DNA of 64,000 bases from Chiloscyllium plagiosum (Eukaryota), in NCBI RefSeq assembly GCF_004010195.1, contig NC_057726.1:48220175-48284174 (forward strand), read 5' to 3'. Numbering within the stretch: the first letter of the stretch is position 1; every line of letters begins with the position of its first letter. The translations under genes were made by a program, and so were the position numbers. The notes below the pieces were generated by a model that saw only the letters and a list, made by a program, of their open reading frames with translations, was not told where the DNA came from and ran no database searches. Below are positions 12,951-25,117 of the stretch, piece after piece.

Positions 12951-13189
12951 TTAATAATAATCTATCGATCTTAGTTTGAAAATTTACAATTGGTCTAGCA
13001 TCAATTGTCATTTGAGGAAGAGAGTTTCAAACCTCTAACACTCTTTGTGATTTGGAGTGTTGACTAATTAAATCAGTATAATTTTTAAACTATATCCCCC
13101 TCCCCCCTCTCCTTTAACCCTCAGCTGTAGGCTCCCCAACCTATAGAAGTAATTTATTTCTCCCTATGCTCTGGTCAATGTGGATCTTG

Positions 13190-13372
13190 CTGATGTTGAT
13201 CTTGCTTTGTGCCCCTCCTGTGCAGCTGTAACCTTATATGCCTCACTCTGTCTAAGCACCCTATGATCTGTATGCCTTTGTTTACTATGATTGCAAACTG
13301 CTTGCAAAACAAAACTTTTCACTGTACTTAGGTAACTGTAACTACAATAAATAAATTAATCAAATCAATCAA
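13190..13372 (+). mobile_element. LINE 3' tail (Rex1/L2 type) within an old CR1-like fragment
   Basis: cttttcactgtacttaggtaac...caataaataaa followed by (atca)n. Confidence 0.5.
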
Positions 13373-14035
13373 TCTGCGTGTCACCTCAATATTTTGAAAA
13401 ATCAATCAAAACAGCCCTTAACTTTCCATGTTTTATGGTATAAACGACATTATTGTGTCATCTCACCTTACAATTGAACTCTTGAAGTTCTGGTGTCATC
13501 AATGTTTTATTCCCTCAAGCTCTAACTAATCTTCGAAAAGGTCTGGTGCCCAGACCATTCACAGTGCTCCAGCTGTGGGTAAACACAGGACCTCGTACAA
13601 CTCAAGCATGACTTCTACCTCCCTTTCATGTTTTTTTTAAATTTAATTCAGAAAGGGGATGTGAGTATAGCAGGTATGACACTTGATGCCCATTGTTAAT
13701 TCTGAAGAAGGGTCACTGGGCATGAAACATTAACTCTGTTTTCTCTCTACAGATGCTGCTAGACCTATTGGAATTTTCCAGCAATTCCTGTTTTTGTTTT
13801 GGTTTCCTTTGCACTAATTGGCCTTCCAAGTTATTTCATAAGGTGATTAAGAACCAACTACATTGCTGGAACCATATGTCGGCCAGACCAGGTAAAAGCA
13901 GCAGATATCCAGCACGAAAGGAAGGTAGTGAAGCAGATGGATTTTTACAGTGTGGTGCAGCAACCTGGGGTCTAGTCAGATGTGTGGCAGAATCAAATGT
14001 AAAATTTGATGCAGTCCATCTCAACCATGGATAGA

Positions 14036-14228
14036 GACAAAAGAAAACTGCAGATGTTAGAATCCAAAATAGACAGGCAGGAGGCTGGAAGAGCACAGCA
14101 AGCCAGGCAGCATCAGGAGGCAGAGAAGTCGACTCTTCTAGTGTAAGTCCTGAAGAAGGATTACATCCGAAATGTCCACCTCCTGATGCTGGCTGGCTTG
14201 CTATGTTCTTCCAGCCTCCTGCCTATCT
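14036..14228. mobile_element. Palindromic PLE derivative (family C) with hammerhead motif at 14147-14179
   Basis: Inverted arms tagacaggcaggaggctggaaga / tcttccagcctcctgcctatcta; gtc-CTGAAGA-a-GGAT(tac)ATCC-GAAA-tg-TC; TSD atctcaaccatg/atctcaacgatg. Confidence 0.85.
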
Positions 14229-14257
14229 ATCTCAACGATGAGACATTATACTCATAA

Positions 14258-14471
14258 TGGAGTAGAGTGGCGCTGGAAAAGCACAGCAGTTCAGGCAGCA
14301 TCCGAGGAGCAGAAAAATTGACGTTTCGGGCAAAAGCCCTTCATCAGGAATACAGATTTTGCCCGAAACGTTGATGTTCCTGCTCCTCGGATGCTGCCTG
14401 AACTGCTGTGCGTTTCCAGCACCACTCTACTCCAGAATCTAATTTCCAGCATCTGCAGTCATTGTTTTTAC
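14258..14471. mobile_element. Palindromic PLE derivative (family A), young, hammerhead on minus strand 14316-14351
   Basis: Near-perfect inverted arms; exact 14-bp TSD cattatactcataa at 14244-14257 and 14472-14485; minus strand reads attc-CTGATGA-a-GGGC(tttt)GCCC-GAAA-cg-TC. Confidence 0.92.
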
Positions 14472-15062
14472 CATTATACTCATAAGCAGAGTTAGGTAAA
14501 GGCAGGTTTCCAGTCAAATAGGATTGGTGTTAAAAATCTTGTTCATGGCTCACCCTGATTCATTAATTTTCAGCTTTTGATCTTATCAAACTCACCAAGC
14601 AAGCTAGGCATTAGGAAAACTCAACAGAGGGGGAACCTGGTGAATTTTGCCTGGAGCTTGCTCCATGTTGGATACGGGGGGGCACCAATTAGTCCAGGCA
14701 TGCTCCATGGGCACCAGTCAGATGCCCCCTCATGTCCACAGACATCAGCATCTGACATGTGACTGCCTCTAAGAACCTTGTGACACACCTCTGGTCCATT
14801 TACAGTACACTCCAGCACTTGAACACTGCAGCTCGGGCCGTATTGATAGCTATTGCTGTAGTGCAGTGACAAGAGCACTGTGCTTAGGTTTGCACAGAAG
14901 CTTTGAAGTCTTAAAACTATCTTCCACACTCGCCAAACCACTCTCTGCAGATTTTTTAAGATCTCCAGTCCACTTAGTCTTCAATTTTAGGTGTCACAGC
15001 ACCACATTCAAGTGCAGAGCATTATGTAGTTTTGATTTTCTTTTCAGGTAAGATCTTCCATA

Positions 15063-15750
15063 CAAAACTTGCATTTATGCAGCACCTTTAATCTGGCAAA
15101 CCATTCCATGGAATTTCACGGGAGCATAATCAAAGGAACAATGGGCAACAAGCTAAAGTAATAAATTTAGGCAGGTAACATAAAACCTGAATCAAGGAAG
15201 TTAGTTTAAAATAGATCTTATAGGAGGAGAAAGAAATGCAGAGTCAATAGGATTTTGGAGAGAGTTCCAGATTATTTGGCTGAAGGAACAACTCCCACAG
15301 GTGAGGCAAAGTAAGGGGGAGGTGAACTAAAGTCAGGGTCTGAAGAATGGCATGTTTTTGATTGGGAGATTGTGGAGATAGGGCATGGCTAAGTCGTGCA
15401 TAAACTGAAGCAGGAGGATAATAATTCCAAATTTGAGGCTTTGGGGACAGGGAGCCAATGTTGGGTATTAGTGGTTAGTGAGGGCAGGCGTGATGGATGA
15501 ACAGGAAAAGATATAGACAAGTGAGTTTTTGATGAATTGAAGATTATGGAGGCTGAAACATGGAGGATGAAGGGGATAGGGGTGGATCATCCAGACAGCA
15601 TTGTAATCGTCAAGTCTGGAAGCAACAAAGGAAAGGATGTAAGTTTCAGCATGTAGACTGAAGCACGAGCGGACTCAGTTTATATTACAGGCTTGGAAAT
15701 AGACGGTGCTTGCATGGAGAGGTTGTGAGGTCAGATGCTCAGCTCGACAG
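15063..15750 (-). mobile_element. L2-type LINE 3' fragment, old
   Basis: Minus strand ends in ttaaaggtgctgcataaatgcaagt (L2-type 3' end) and is pyrimidine-biased upstream. Confidence 0.6.
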
Positions 15751-16681
15751 GGGAGATGAGATCAATTTCAATAGACCGGTGCAGAGTTTATTGCAGTGAT
15801 AGTCAAGATTCAATCCTCTGTAAACATTTGTTATTAATAGAGACTGCATTATTTTCAGTCAGTCAGTCGTTTAGTGCACATACACCTTTAAAAACATTTC
15901 TAACCTTGGACATATTCTACATATTGCTGCCTTGTGAGTCATTGACTTTGAAAGCTCTCCATATAAAATAAAATTCAAATCTAAACCTTTCAACATTTCG
16001 AAGAGGAACTTAACACCAGAATAAAAGTATTACTTGTTTTGCACTGAAACTAAAAATACAAAATGTGACACTGCAATATTAAAAAATGAAAGTACATTTT
16101 CCTTATTCTTCCCTTTTATCTAATAAAGATTGAGCTGCAATAAATCTGGCTTGCACTGAGTAGCCCAAGAAAGAATTACCAATCAATTCTGCTGCACCAT
16201 TTATTTTAATATCAATTAGCTATTTCAGACACTTTCTCACCTGTCATTTTTTGCTGCACTTACTAATTACAATAAAATGGCGATATAGAGTACTAAACAT
16301 TTCTACTGTAGTGTGCCAGTTTTTAAACCTATTTTGTGTTGTCATAAGTGTCCTACAAATTTCTAAAAATGTAAGAGATAAATTCAAGATTTTTCACAAT
16401 AAATTCATTCCTCTAATTTTCATTTCTCATAATGGGCTCACATATAAATATTTCCAACTAAATCCACTGTAACAGTGAGAGAGTCTATTTTCCATGGTTT
16501 TCATGTGTTTTTCATATGAGCTCATGGAAGCAAAAGCACCTTTTTTAATCATGGAAAATATTAACAGAGCAAAATAAAATGTAAGCAAATGCACTGCCTG
16601 AAAATATGGCCTGCTTTAAATCTGTTCCTCAATAAGATTTGTTCAAAGCATCAAGAAAATCCTTGTTTGCTGGGATGCATT

Positions 16682-17500
16682 GGGCTGAATCTTACCAGAA
16701 ATCGGCTAAATATCACTTGTGTTGAGTTTCATGGAGGATTTCTCACCACAAGGCCAAGCAATACTGCTGTCTCCAACTTGCCTCATTAACTATGAACCAT
16801 GCCCCTGTGGTATCCCACTCATCCAATGTCAGCCCAATTCTACCACTAACCATAGCCAGAAATTTTCGCCACTGTCTGGACATCTTGGTGTCGGTGTCAT
16901 ATTTAACAAGCCATTGCATATCTAGACAAAAGTGTTGGTCCCAATCTGTCCTGCACAGTTCCAAATATTTGCTTCAGACATGGCAGATAAAGGGAAATCA
17001 GTGGCTCCTTTGTAGCAGACAGCCTTAAACCCTGGTGGATGGGGTGGTGCAGAGGTTAGCCACCCTTGCCTCCCAGGTCTGTCTGTGGGGGTTATAACAC
17101 CAGACTGTGCCAGCCAGGCTTGAGGATGCCACATGGATCAGTGCAATCTCCACATACTGGAGAAAACCCAGCAGCATGGGAAGAATATCAATTACCTTCT
17201 CCGCACTGCCAGGGAAGGTGCTAACATTTCTCTCTGCTACCTCACACTCATGCTATCTCTGCGCTGCACTCACCTAGCACCAAGGCTCATGAATTACCAT
17301 TCTCACCGACACATGCAGCATCTTCTCTCACTCGCTCTCACCCACCCTCATACTAATAACCTTGCATGGCTTTTGTGCCTCTCGCCTTCTCACCTAAGAC
17401 ACTTTTCTCACACCTACACCATTCCTAATAGCTGTGCCACTTACTTCCATCACACTCAGAAACTCCTATTCATTCACTCCAGGAGATAATGGCTCACAAT
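16682..17500 (+). mobile_element. PIF/Harbinger relic: Myb/SANT-like gene remnant with intron
   Basis: About 17128-17213 gives ATWISAISTYWRK / QQHGKNINYLLRTAR (trihelix QCRKKxNDL-like), then an intron ending ctccag at 17482 and EIMAHN. Same layout as 54960-55510. May resume at about 19250-19760 after the CR1. Confidence 0.55.
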
Positions 17501-17539
17501 ATGGTAGAATAAACCACGTTTTTACCAAAGAGAGAAATA

Positions 17540-19250
17540 TAATATAGTATGTGGGAGAAAACCTGTTGCCACAGCGACACAAAATTAAGGAAGAAGTAGT
17601 GGGTACACCATTACTACTTAAAGTTGACATGATACCTGGACCAGACAGGACCCAAAGATTTTGAAGAAAAATGTGTGGAAATTGAAGGGCCACTATCCAT
17701 AATCTTTCAGTCTTCCCTTAGCTTGGGACAGTGCCAGAGGTCTGAAGAATTGCAAACATGATGGCCTTGGTCTAGGAAGGTTGTGAGGATAGGCCGGCAT
17801 TTACATACCAGTTAGTTTAACTTCAGCAGTTGTAAAACTTGTAGAACCAATTTTTCGGGAAGTAATCAGGTGAACAGGAAAACAGTTTGCTTAGAAAGAG
17901 TTAGTATGGATGTCTAAAGGAGAAATTGTTTAACTAAATTGCTGGGGGGTTTTGAAGAGGCTGATGAGGGCAATGCTATTGGTGGAGTGTACATGGTTTT
18001 TCAGAAGGCATTTGATAAAGAGCAACACCACAGACTTGTGCGGAGAATTAAAGGTCTTGATATGAAAGAGATAGTAGCAATGTTGATACAATATTGGCTG
18101 ATTGATAGTAAACAGAGAGTAATGGTCAATGGATATTTTTTAGGCTAGAGGCAGGTTTGCAGCGGAGTTCCTCAGGAATTAGTATTACGACCCTTGCTTT
18201 TTCTGATATATAGAACGACCTCAGTTATCTGAACAAAATGGGTGGGGACCATTTTGTTTGGATAACTGATTGTTCAGATAACTGATTGTTCGGATAATGG
18301 AACCTTGAGATCTTGTTTGGATAATCCGAAATTTGGATAATTGATGTTTGGATAACAGAGGTTGTTCTGTATATTACTGTTACAGATCTTGGTATACAGG
18401 AGCAATTACAAAGTTTGCAAATGATACAAAACTTAGAAGAATTGGGGTTGACAATGTAGAACTAAAACAAAACATAAACAAGTTGGTAGAGCACATAGAT
18501 GGGTGTCAGATGATGTTCAATGCAGAGATGTATGAAGTGATGCATTTTTGTAAGAAGACATTGAAATAAAATATAAAATATGGGTTACAATTCTAAATGG
18601 GGGGGGATGGTGTGAGGAAGGGGAAGTGCAGGAGAAAGGGACCTGTGCGTGTGTGCACACACTGATCGTTGAAAGTGGCTGGACAGGTAGAGAGAGCAGT
18701 ATGTAAAACACACAGTACCCTTGACTTAAATCATAGGAGCATACAGTACAATAGCAAGGAGGTAATCGTGACTTATATAAAACATTTGTTAAATCTCAGT
18801 TAATGTATTGTGGACAGTCCGGATGTCACATTACAGGAAGGATGTGAATGTACTGGGGACAGAGCAGAAGTGGTTGAAAAGAATGGTCCTGGGAATGAGA
18901 TTTGATTCAGATTTGAGGATAGATTGAAGAGGTTAGGACTTGTCTCTTCGGAGAAAGGAAGGCAAAAAGAAGATCTCATCGAAGTTTTCAAAATCATGAG
19001 CGATTTGAGAATAGATAGGGAGAAATTGTTCCTGCTTGTAAAAGAAGAAAAAGAATGAAAGTACAGATTTAAAGTGATTTGCAAAATAAGCAAGAATGAT
19101 ATGAGAAAAATCATTTTCATTCAGTGATTAGTTAGGGTATAGAATGCACTGCCTGGAAGTGTGATGGAGGCAAGTTCAATTGAGGTATTCAAAATGATTA
19201 TTTGTATAAAATAATAAGCAAGGGCATATGGAAAAAGTGAGAGATTAGCA
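17540..19250 (+). mobile_element. Old CR1 LINE ORF2 (RT to 3' end)
   Basis: VYMVFQKAFDK, WLIDSKQRVMVNG, ITKFANDTKL, FNAEMYEVMHF; many stops. Confidence 0.88.
18211..18369. mobile_element. Tigger-like MITE inserted in the CR1
   Basis: TIR agaacgacctcagttatctgaaca matches the reverse complement of tgtttggataacagaggttgttct; TA flanks; internal ggataactgattgttc subrepeats. Confidence 0.78.
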
Positions 19251-20251
19251 TTGCTGAATGGACAAAGTGCAAAATGGCAAGACAAAGCAAAGATGCTGTA
19301 AGCAACAAAATAGGTTCAAAGTGAGTGCGTGCTAAAAGACTAAGTGAGGAGTGTGCTGGAATGGGTGCCAGAACCTGCAAGCAAAGTGTCCTTGTAGCAG
19401 TATTCCAATGAGATGTGCCGGTGTGCTCTAACATACAGCATTGAAGTGCAAAAGCGCATAGTAAGTGAATTAGAGATGTGCCATGATGATGTAGTGAGGT
19501 TGGCTTATGCCATTGTTTGTGGACATTGGGCACATATGCTTAATGCCCATGGAGTTTGCCCTGAGACATTCAGGGCTAGAGATCCAGAAAAGCAAGTGGC
19601 GAGCTGGATTTGCCAGGTAACTGCATTGACTTTCAAATCAGGAATTCTCATTGTCCAGTTTCTATCCACCAAGTGAGAGATTTCGAAACTGCATATCAAT
19701 GAGGTGGGATTATGTAATAACCAAGGTAATAATGAGTGATAATCTGTAAAAATATGGCTCTCAATATTCATTAATGAGAATGTTGTCTCACTGTTCAATA
19801 CTAGCTTTGAAAATTGAATATTTTGCTCTCGATGTCAAATAGGTCCTCGTTTCCCATCTCACAGAATTATCCCAACATTCTCACCATGGCCCAATTCGCT
19901 CAGGGGCTAAGAATGTTCTGCACTTTGTCATCTGTTCTTACTTATTACCTTCCATCTTCGATCCATTTAATGATGTTCTCTAGTAATTATCCTATAACAG
20001 AAGTAAAGCAAAATATGCTTTTGTTGGAGAAGATTCTACAAATGCACGATTTTTACCTATTTTTCTTGATTGTCACTCTCTTCCATCTCTGAGACTTTAA
20101 TAAATTCCTCTCAACAAGAGATGATCAAATTATTGCTTGCTGGTTTGTCATTGATTGGCACATGTGTGGTGCAAATTTTACTTTCAACCCAAGATTGGAT
20201 ATTGTCCAGGACTTGATGCATGGTGTACATGTAACTCCAATATGATTATGA

Positions 20252-20436
20252 GTAGAAAGTGAGGACTGCAGATGCTGGAGGTCAGAGTCGAAGAGTGTGG
20301 TCTTAGAAAAGCACAGCCGGACAGTCAGCATCCAAGTAGCAGGAGATTCCTGATGAAGGGTTTATGCCCAAAACGTTGACTCTCCTGCTCCTTCGATGCT
20401 GCCTGACCGGCTGTGCTTTTCTAGCACCACACTCTT
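20252..20436. mobile_element. Palindromic PLE derivative (family A)
   Basis: Inverted arms, decayed hammerhead cctgatgaagggtttatgcccaaaacgtt, direct repeat caatatgat at 20238-20246 and 20437-20445. Confidence 0.85.
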
Positions 20437-20989
20437 CAATATGATGAACTCTTTACTACTATCTGGATAATCAGGATGGGCAATAAATGGTGACCTAACC
20501 AGCCACACCCACATCCTGTGAATGGATATAAAAAAGGACAACTAAGTTCCTTTATGCCAGGTATTACTTCAACCAGTGAAGAGTTTATTCAGTGAATCTC
20601 ATTGAGATTTTGCTTGGCCTGCTTAATACCACAGTCAGTCAATTGCTGCCTTCATGTCAAGGGCAGTCTCTCTAATCTCTCCTTTGGATGTCAGTTATTT
20701 TCTCTGTATTTGGACCAATAGTGTAATGAGGTCAGGAGCTGACTGTCTCTGGTAAAACCAAACTGAATTTTAGCTCAGTTTAAACAGGTTATTGACATGC
20801 AATTGCTATTTGTTAGCACAGTCAACAAGACCTTGAATAGTTTTAACAGGTTGGTTTTGTCCTGCTTTTTATGGATAAAGCATTTTATTAAGGCTGAGAT
20901 AGATTCTTGATCAGTAGGTGAATCAAGAATTATGGGGAAAGAGCAGGAAAGTGGACATGAGGAACGTTAGATCAGCCATGAACCTCTTT

Positions 20990-23072
20990 TTCTGAAGAAG
21001 AAACTGAAAAGAATGATGAGGGCGGAGCAATAGACATTGCTTACTTGGACTTTAGTGAAGCTTTTGACAAGGTTACATATGATAGACTAGTTCACGTGGG
21101 ATTCAGGGTGAGCTTGCCAATTGGACACAAAATAGGCTTTATGACAGGAGAGAGACTGTGATGGTTTTTTGGACTAGAGGCCTGTGATGAGCAGTGTTCC
21201 ACGGAGATTGGTACTGGGTCCGCTTTTGCTTGTCATTTATGTAAGTGATTTAGATAAGAACATGGAAAGCATGGTTAGTAAATTTGCAGATGACACCGAG
21301 ATTGGTTGTATAGTGGACAGTAAGGAAGGCTATCTAAGGTTACAAGGGGATCTTGATCAATTGGGTCAATGCGCTGAAGAGTGCCAGATGGAGTTTAACT
21401 TGGATAAATGCGAAGTGTTGCATTTGGTAAAACAAACAAAGGCAAAATGAATGGACAATGAAGAAGGTTGCCTCAGAGTACAACAAGATCTTGGTCAGAT
21501 GGATTAAGGAGTGGCAGATAGAGTTTAATTTAGATAAATGTGAGGTGCTGCATTTTGGAAACGCAAATCAAGGCAGGACTTATACACTTAATAGTAAGGT
21601 CCTGGGGAATGTTGCTGAACAAAGAGAACTTACAGCGCAGGTTCATAGTTCCTTGAAAGAAGAGTCGCAGTTGAAAGGATAGTGAAGAAGGCATTTGGTA
21701 TGCTTGCCTTTGTTGGTCACTGTATTGAGTACAGGAGTTTGGAGGTCATGTTGCGGCTGTTCAGGAAATTGATTAGGCCACTTTTCAAATACTGCGTGTA
21801 ATTCTGGTCTCCCTGCTATAGAAAGGATGTTATGAAACTTGAAAAGATTTACAAGGATGTTGTCAGGGTTGGAGGATATGAACTATAGGGAGAGGATGAA
21901 TAGCCTGTTTTCCGTGAAGTGTTGGAGGCTGAAGGATGATCCCCTTGTAGAGGTTTGTAAAATCATGAGGGGCATGGATACGGTGAATAGATAAGGTCTT
22001 TCCCCAGGGTGGGAGAGTCCAAAACTAGAGGGCACAGGTTTAAGGTGAGAGGGGAAAGATTTAAAAGGGACCTAAGGGGCAATTTTTTCAAACAGAGGGT
22101 GATGCATGTATGGAATGAGGTGCCAGAGGAAGTGGTGGAGGCTGGTACAATTACAACATTTAAAAGGCATCTGCATGTGTATATGAATAAGAAAGGTTTA
22201 GAGTGATTTGAGCCAAATGCTGGCAAATGGGACTAGATTTATTTAAGGTATCTGGTTAGCATGGATGAGTTGGACCAAAGGCCTATTTCTGTACTGTACA
22301 TTCTGTGACTCTATGACCTTATGAACACAAATAAAAGTACAGCCTTGGGTAATGTTGTAAAACAGAAGGATCTCAGAGTTCAGGTACATAATTCTTTGAC
22401 ATTTGCATCACATTGGGATAAGGTGGTTAATAAGGCATTTAGCATGCTTGCCTTCATTGTTCAGACCTTTGAGTATAGGAGCTGGGATGCTATACTGATG
22501 TTAAACAGGATGTTGGTGAGGCCTCATCTGGAGTACTATGATAAGCTCTGACCTCCCTGTTATAGAAAGGAAATTATAAAGTTGGAGGGGGTTCAGAAGA
22601 GATTTACCAGGATGTTTTTGGGAATGGTAGGTTGGGGTTATATGGAGAGGCTGGATGAGCTGGGTCTTTTTTCACTGGATCGTAGGAGGTTCAGAGGTAA
22701 CTTTATCGAGATTTATAAAATCATGAGGGGTATAGATAAGGTGAATGGCAGGTGTTTGCTCCTAGGGTGTGGGATTTCAAGACTGGAGGCATATTTTTAA
22801 GGTGAGATGAGAAAGTTGTAAAAAAGAATCAAGGAGCAATTTTTTAACACAGAGCCTGGTTCACCTGTGGAATGAACATTCAGAGAAAGTGGTGGGTGTG
22901 GGTACAATTACAATGTTTAAAAGGCATTTGGATAAGTATGGGAGTAAGAAATATTTGGAGGTGAATGGTTCAAGTGCAGACAGAAGGGACTAGTTTAGCG
23001 TGGGATTATATTCGGCATGGACTGGTTGGACCGAAGTGTCTATTTCCATGCCGTATGATTCTCTGACTCTAT
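20990..23072 (+). mobile_element. CR1 LINE (RT to 3' end) interrupted by a second CR1
   Basis: [35 protein letters not shown]. Breaks at about 21446, resumes at about 22317 and ends tatgattctctgactctat. Confidence 0.93.
21447..22316 (+). mobile_element. 5'-truncated CR1 (HER1-like) nested in a CR1
   Basis: FNLDKCEVLHFG...TRGHRFKVRGERFKRDLRGNFF, with its own 3' tail ctgtgactctatga. Confidence 0.9.
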
Positions 23073-23529
23073 TGAGTGGTGGAGCAGGCTCAAGGGTGAA
23101 GCAGTCTACTTCTGTTCCTATTTGCTAAGGTCATAAAGTTGTTGCAGATGCAAAGGATGTCAGTGTTTTGGCAGATATCCACTGAGTGCGGAGTTGTTCT
23201 GAGAATGGAGCTTGGTAAGATGAGTTGGAAATCAGATATTAAAGATACCAAAGAGGCGGATGTTGGTGAGTCTAAAATACAAGGGCAAAAAAACCCCATT
23301 AGGCCTCCTGGTAAAAAAACATCCAAAACTTAGACTTTGCCAAAAAGAAGTAAGAGTTAGCCCCTTGTGTGTTGTAATAGATATATATGTATTTGGTCTG
23401 TTAGATGGACAAACATCTGGAGAATCTAATATTTGATACTGATTAATTGACTTGTCTAAATAGAGACCAAATTCCCTTCAATGGATTCTTACAGGGATAT
23501 GGGATGAAACTGAGTCACAAAGAAGAGAA

Positions 23530-25117
23530 AATTATTCGTAATCTACATAAATGATTTGGAGGAAAATGTAGCTGGTCTAATTAATAACTTTGGAGAAAGT
23601 GAGGACTGCAGATGCTGGAGATCAGAGTCAAAGAGTGTGGTGCTAGAAAAGCATAGCCAGTCAGACAGCATCTGAGGAGCAGGCGAATCGATATTTCATC
23701 AGCCCTTCATCAGGAATGAGGCATGTGGGCCAAGGGAGCTGAGAGATAAATGGGAGGGGTGTGGGTCTGGGGGGTAAGGCAGCTGGGAATGCGTTGGGGG
23801 AGTGAAGGTGGGGGTGAAAATGATAGGTCGGAGAGGAGGGTGGAGCAGATAGGTGGGAAGGAAGATGGACAGGTGGGACCACTCAAGAGGGCAGTGCCAA
23901 GTTGGAAAGTCGGGACTGGGATAAGGAAGGGGGAAAAGAAATGGGGAAACTGGTGAAAACCACATTGATCATGCGTGGAGCGTCCTATGGCAGAAGATGA
24001 GGCGTTCTTCCTCCAGGTGTCAGATGGTTTGGATTTGGCGATGAAGGAGGCCCAGGACCTACTTGTCCTTGGCGGAGTGGGAGTGGGAGTTAAAGTGTTC
24101 AGCCACAGAGCAGTGGGATTGGTTAGTGCAGGTGTCCCAGAGATGTTCTCTGAAATGATCCACAAGTTGGCATCCTGTCTCCCCAATGTAGGGGAGACCA
24201 CATCGGGTGGAATGGATACATGTGGGGAAGTACAAGTTGGATGTGGAAGGATACTTTGGGGCCTTGGGGAATTTTAGCTCTGAAGAAAGGTTGGATATAC
24301 TGGGTTTATTTCGCTGGAACGCAGGAGGTTGAGGGGCGAGCTAATAGAAGTTTATAAGATTATGAATGGCATGGTTAGTGTGGAAAGTATGAGGCTTTTT
24401 CCCAGTTTGCAAATGATACAAAGATTGGTGGAGTTGCAATAGTGAGGAGGATTGTCAGAGGATTCAGCAGGATGTAGATAAGTTGGAGGCATGGGCAGAA
24501 AAATGGCAGATGAGTTTAATCCAGACAAATGTGAGGTGATCCATTTTGGAAGGTCAAGTACAGGTGGCAATTATACAGTGAATGGCAGAACCCTTAGGAA
24601 TATTGATATGCAGAGGGATTTGGTGTGCAGGTCCACAAAGCACTGAAGGTGGCAGCACGGGTAGATAAGGTAGTAAAAAAGGCATATGGCATGCTTGCCC
24701 TTCATTGGAAAAGGCATTTGGTATAAAGACAGACAAGTTATGCAGTAGCTTTATAGAACTTTAGTTGGGCCACACTTAGAATATTGCATACAGTTCTGGT
24801 CACCACATTACCAGAAGGATGTGAATGCTTTGGAGTGGGTGCAGAAAATGTTTACCAGGATGTTACCTGGTATGGGGGATTTTAGCTATGAAGAAAGGTT
24901 GGATATATTGGATTTATTTCACTGGAACGCAGGAGGTTGAGGGGTGACCTAATAGAAGTTTATAAGGTTATGAACAGCATGGATAGACTAGAAAGTATGA
25001 GGCATTTTCCCAGGGTGGAAAGGTCAATTACTAGGGGACGCAGGTTTAAGGTGCGAGGGTGGAAGTTTAAGAGAGATGTGCGAGGTGAGTTTTCAACACA
25101 AAGGGTGGTGAGTGCCT
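23530..25117 (+). mobile_element. CR1 LINE fragment interrupted by a PLE and a duplicated internal segment
   Basis: YINDLEE at about 23545 resumes as FANDTKIGG at about 24407; RGDLIEVYK and TRGRRFKVRG near the end. Confidence 0.9.
23593..24270 (-). mobile_element. Penelope-like element 3' part: GIY-YIG remnant plus pLTR
   Basis: Minus strand YIGETGCQLVDHFREHLWDT...VAEHFNSHSHS...LEEERLIF, followed by the family A pLTR with a decayed hammerhead at about 23685-23718. Confidence 0.9.

Noticed and set aside
14660..15020. Possible Tx1/L1 3' fragment on minus strand
   Set aside because: Only a faint resemblance (AINTARAAVFKCW); not enough to call.
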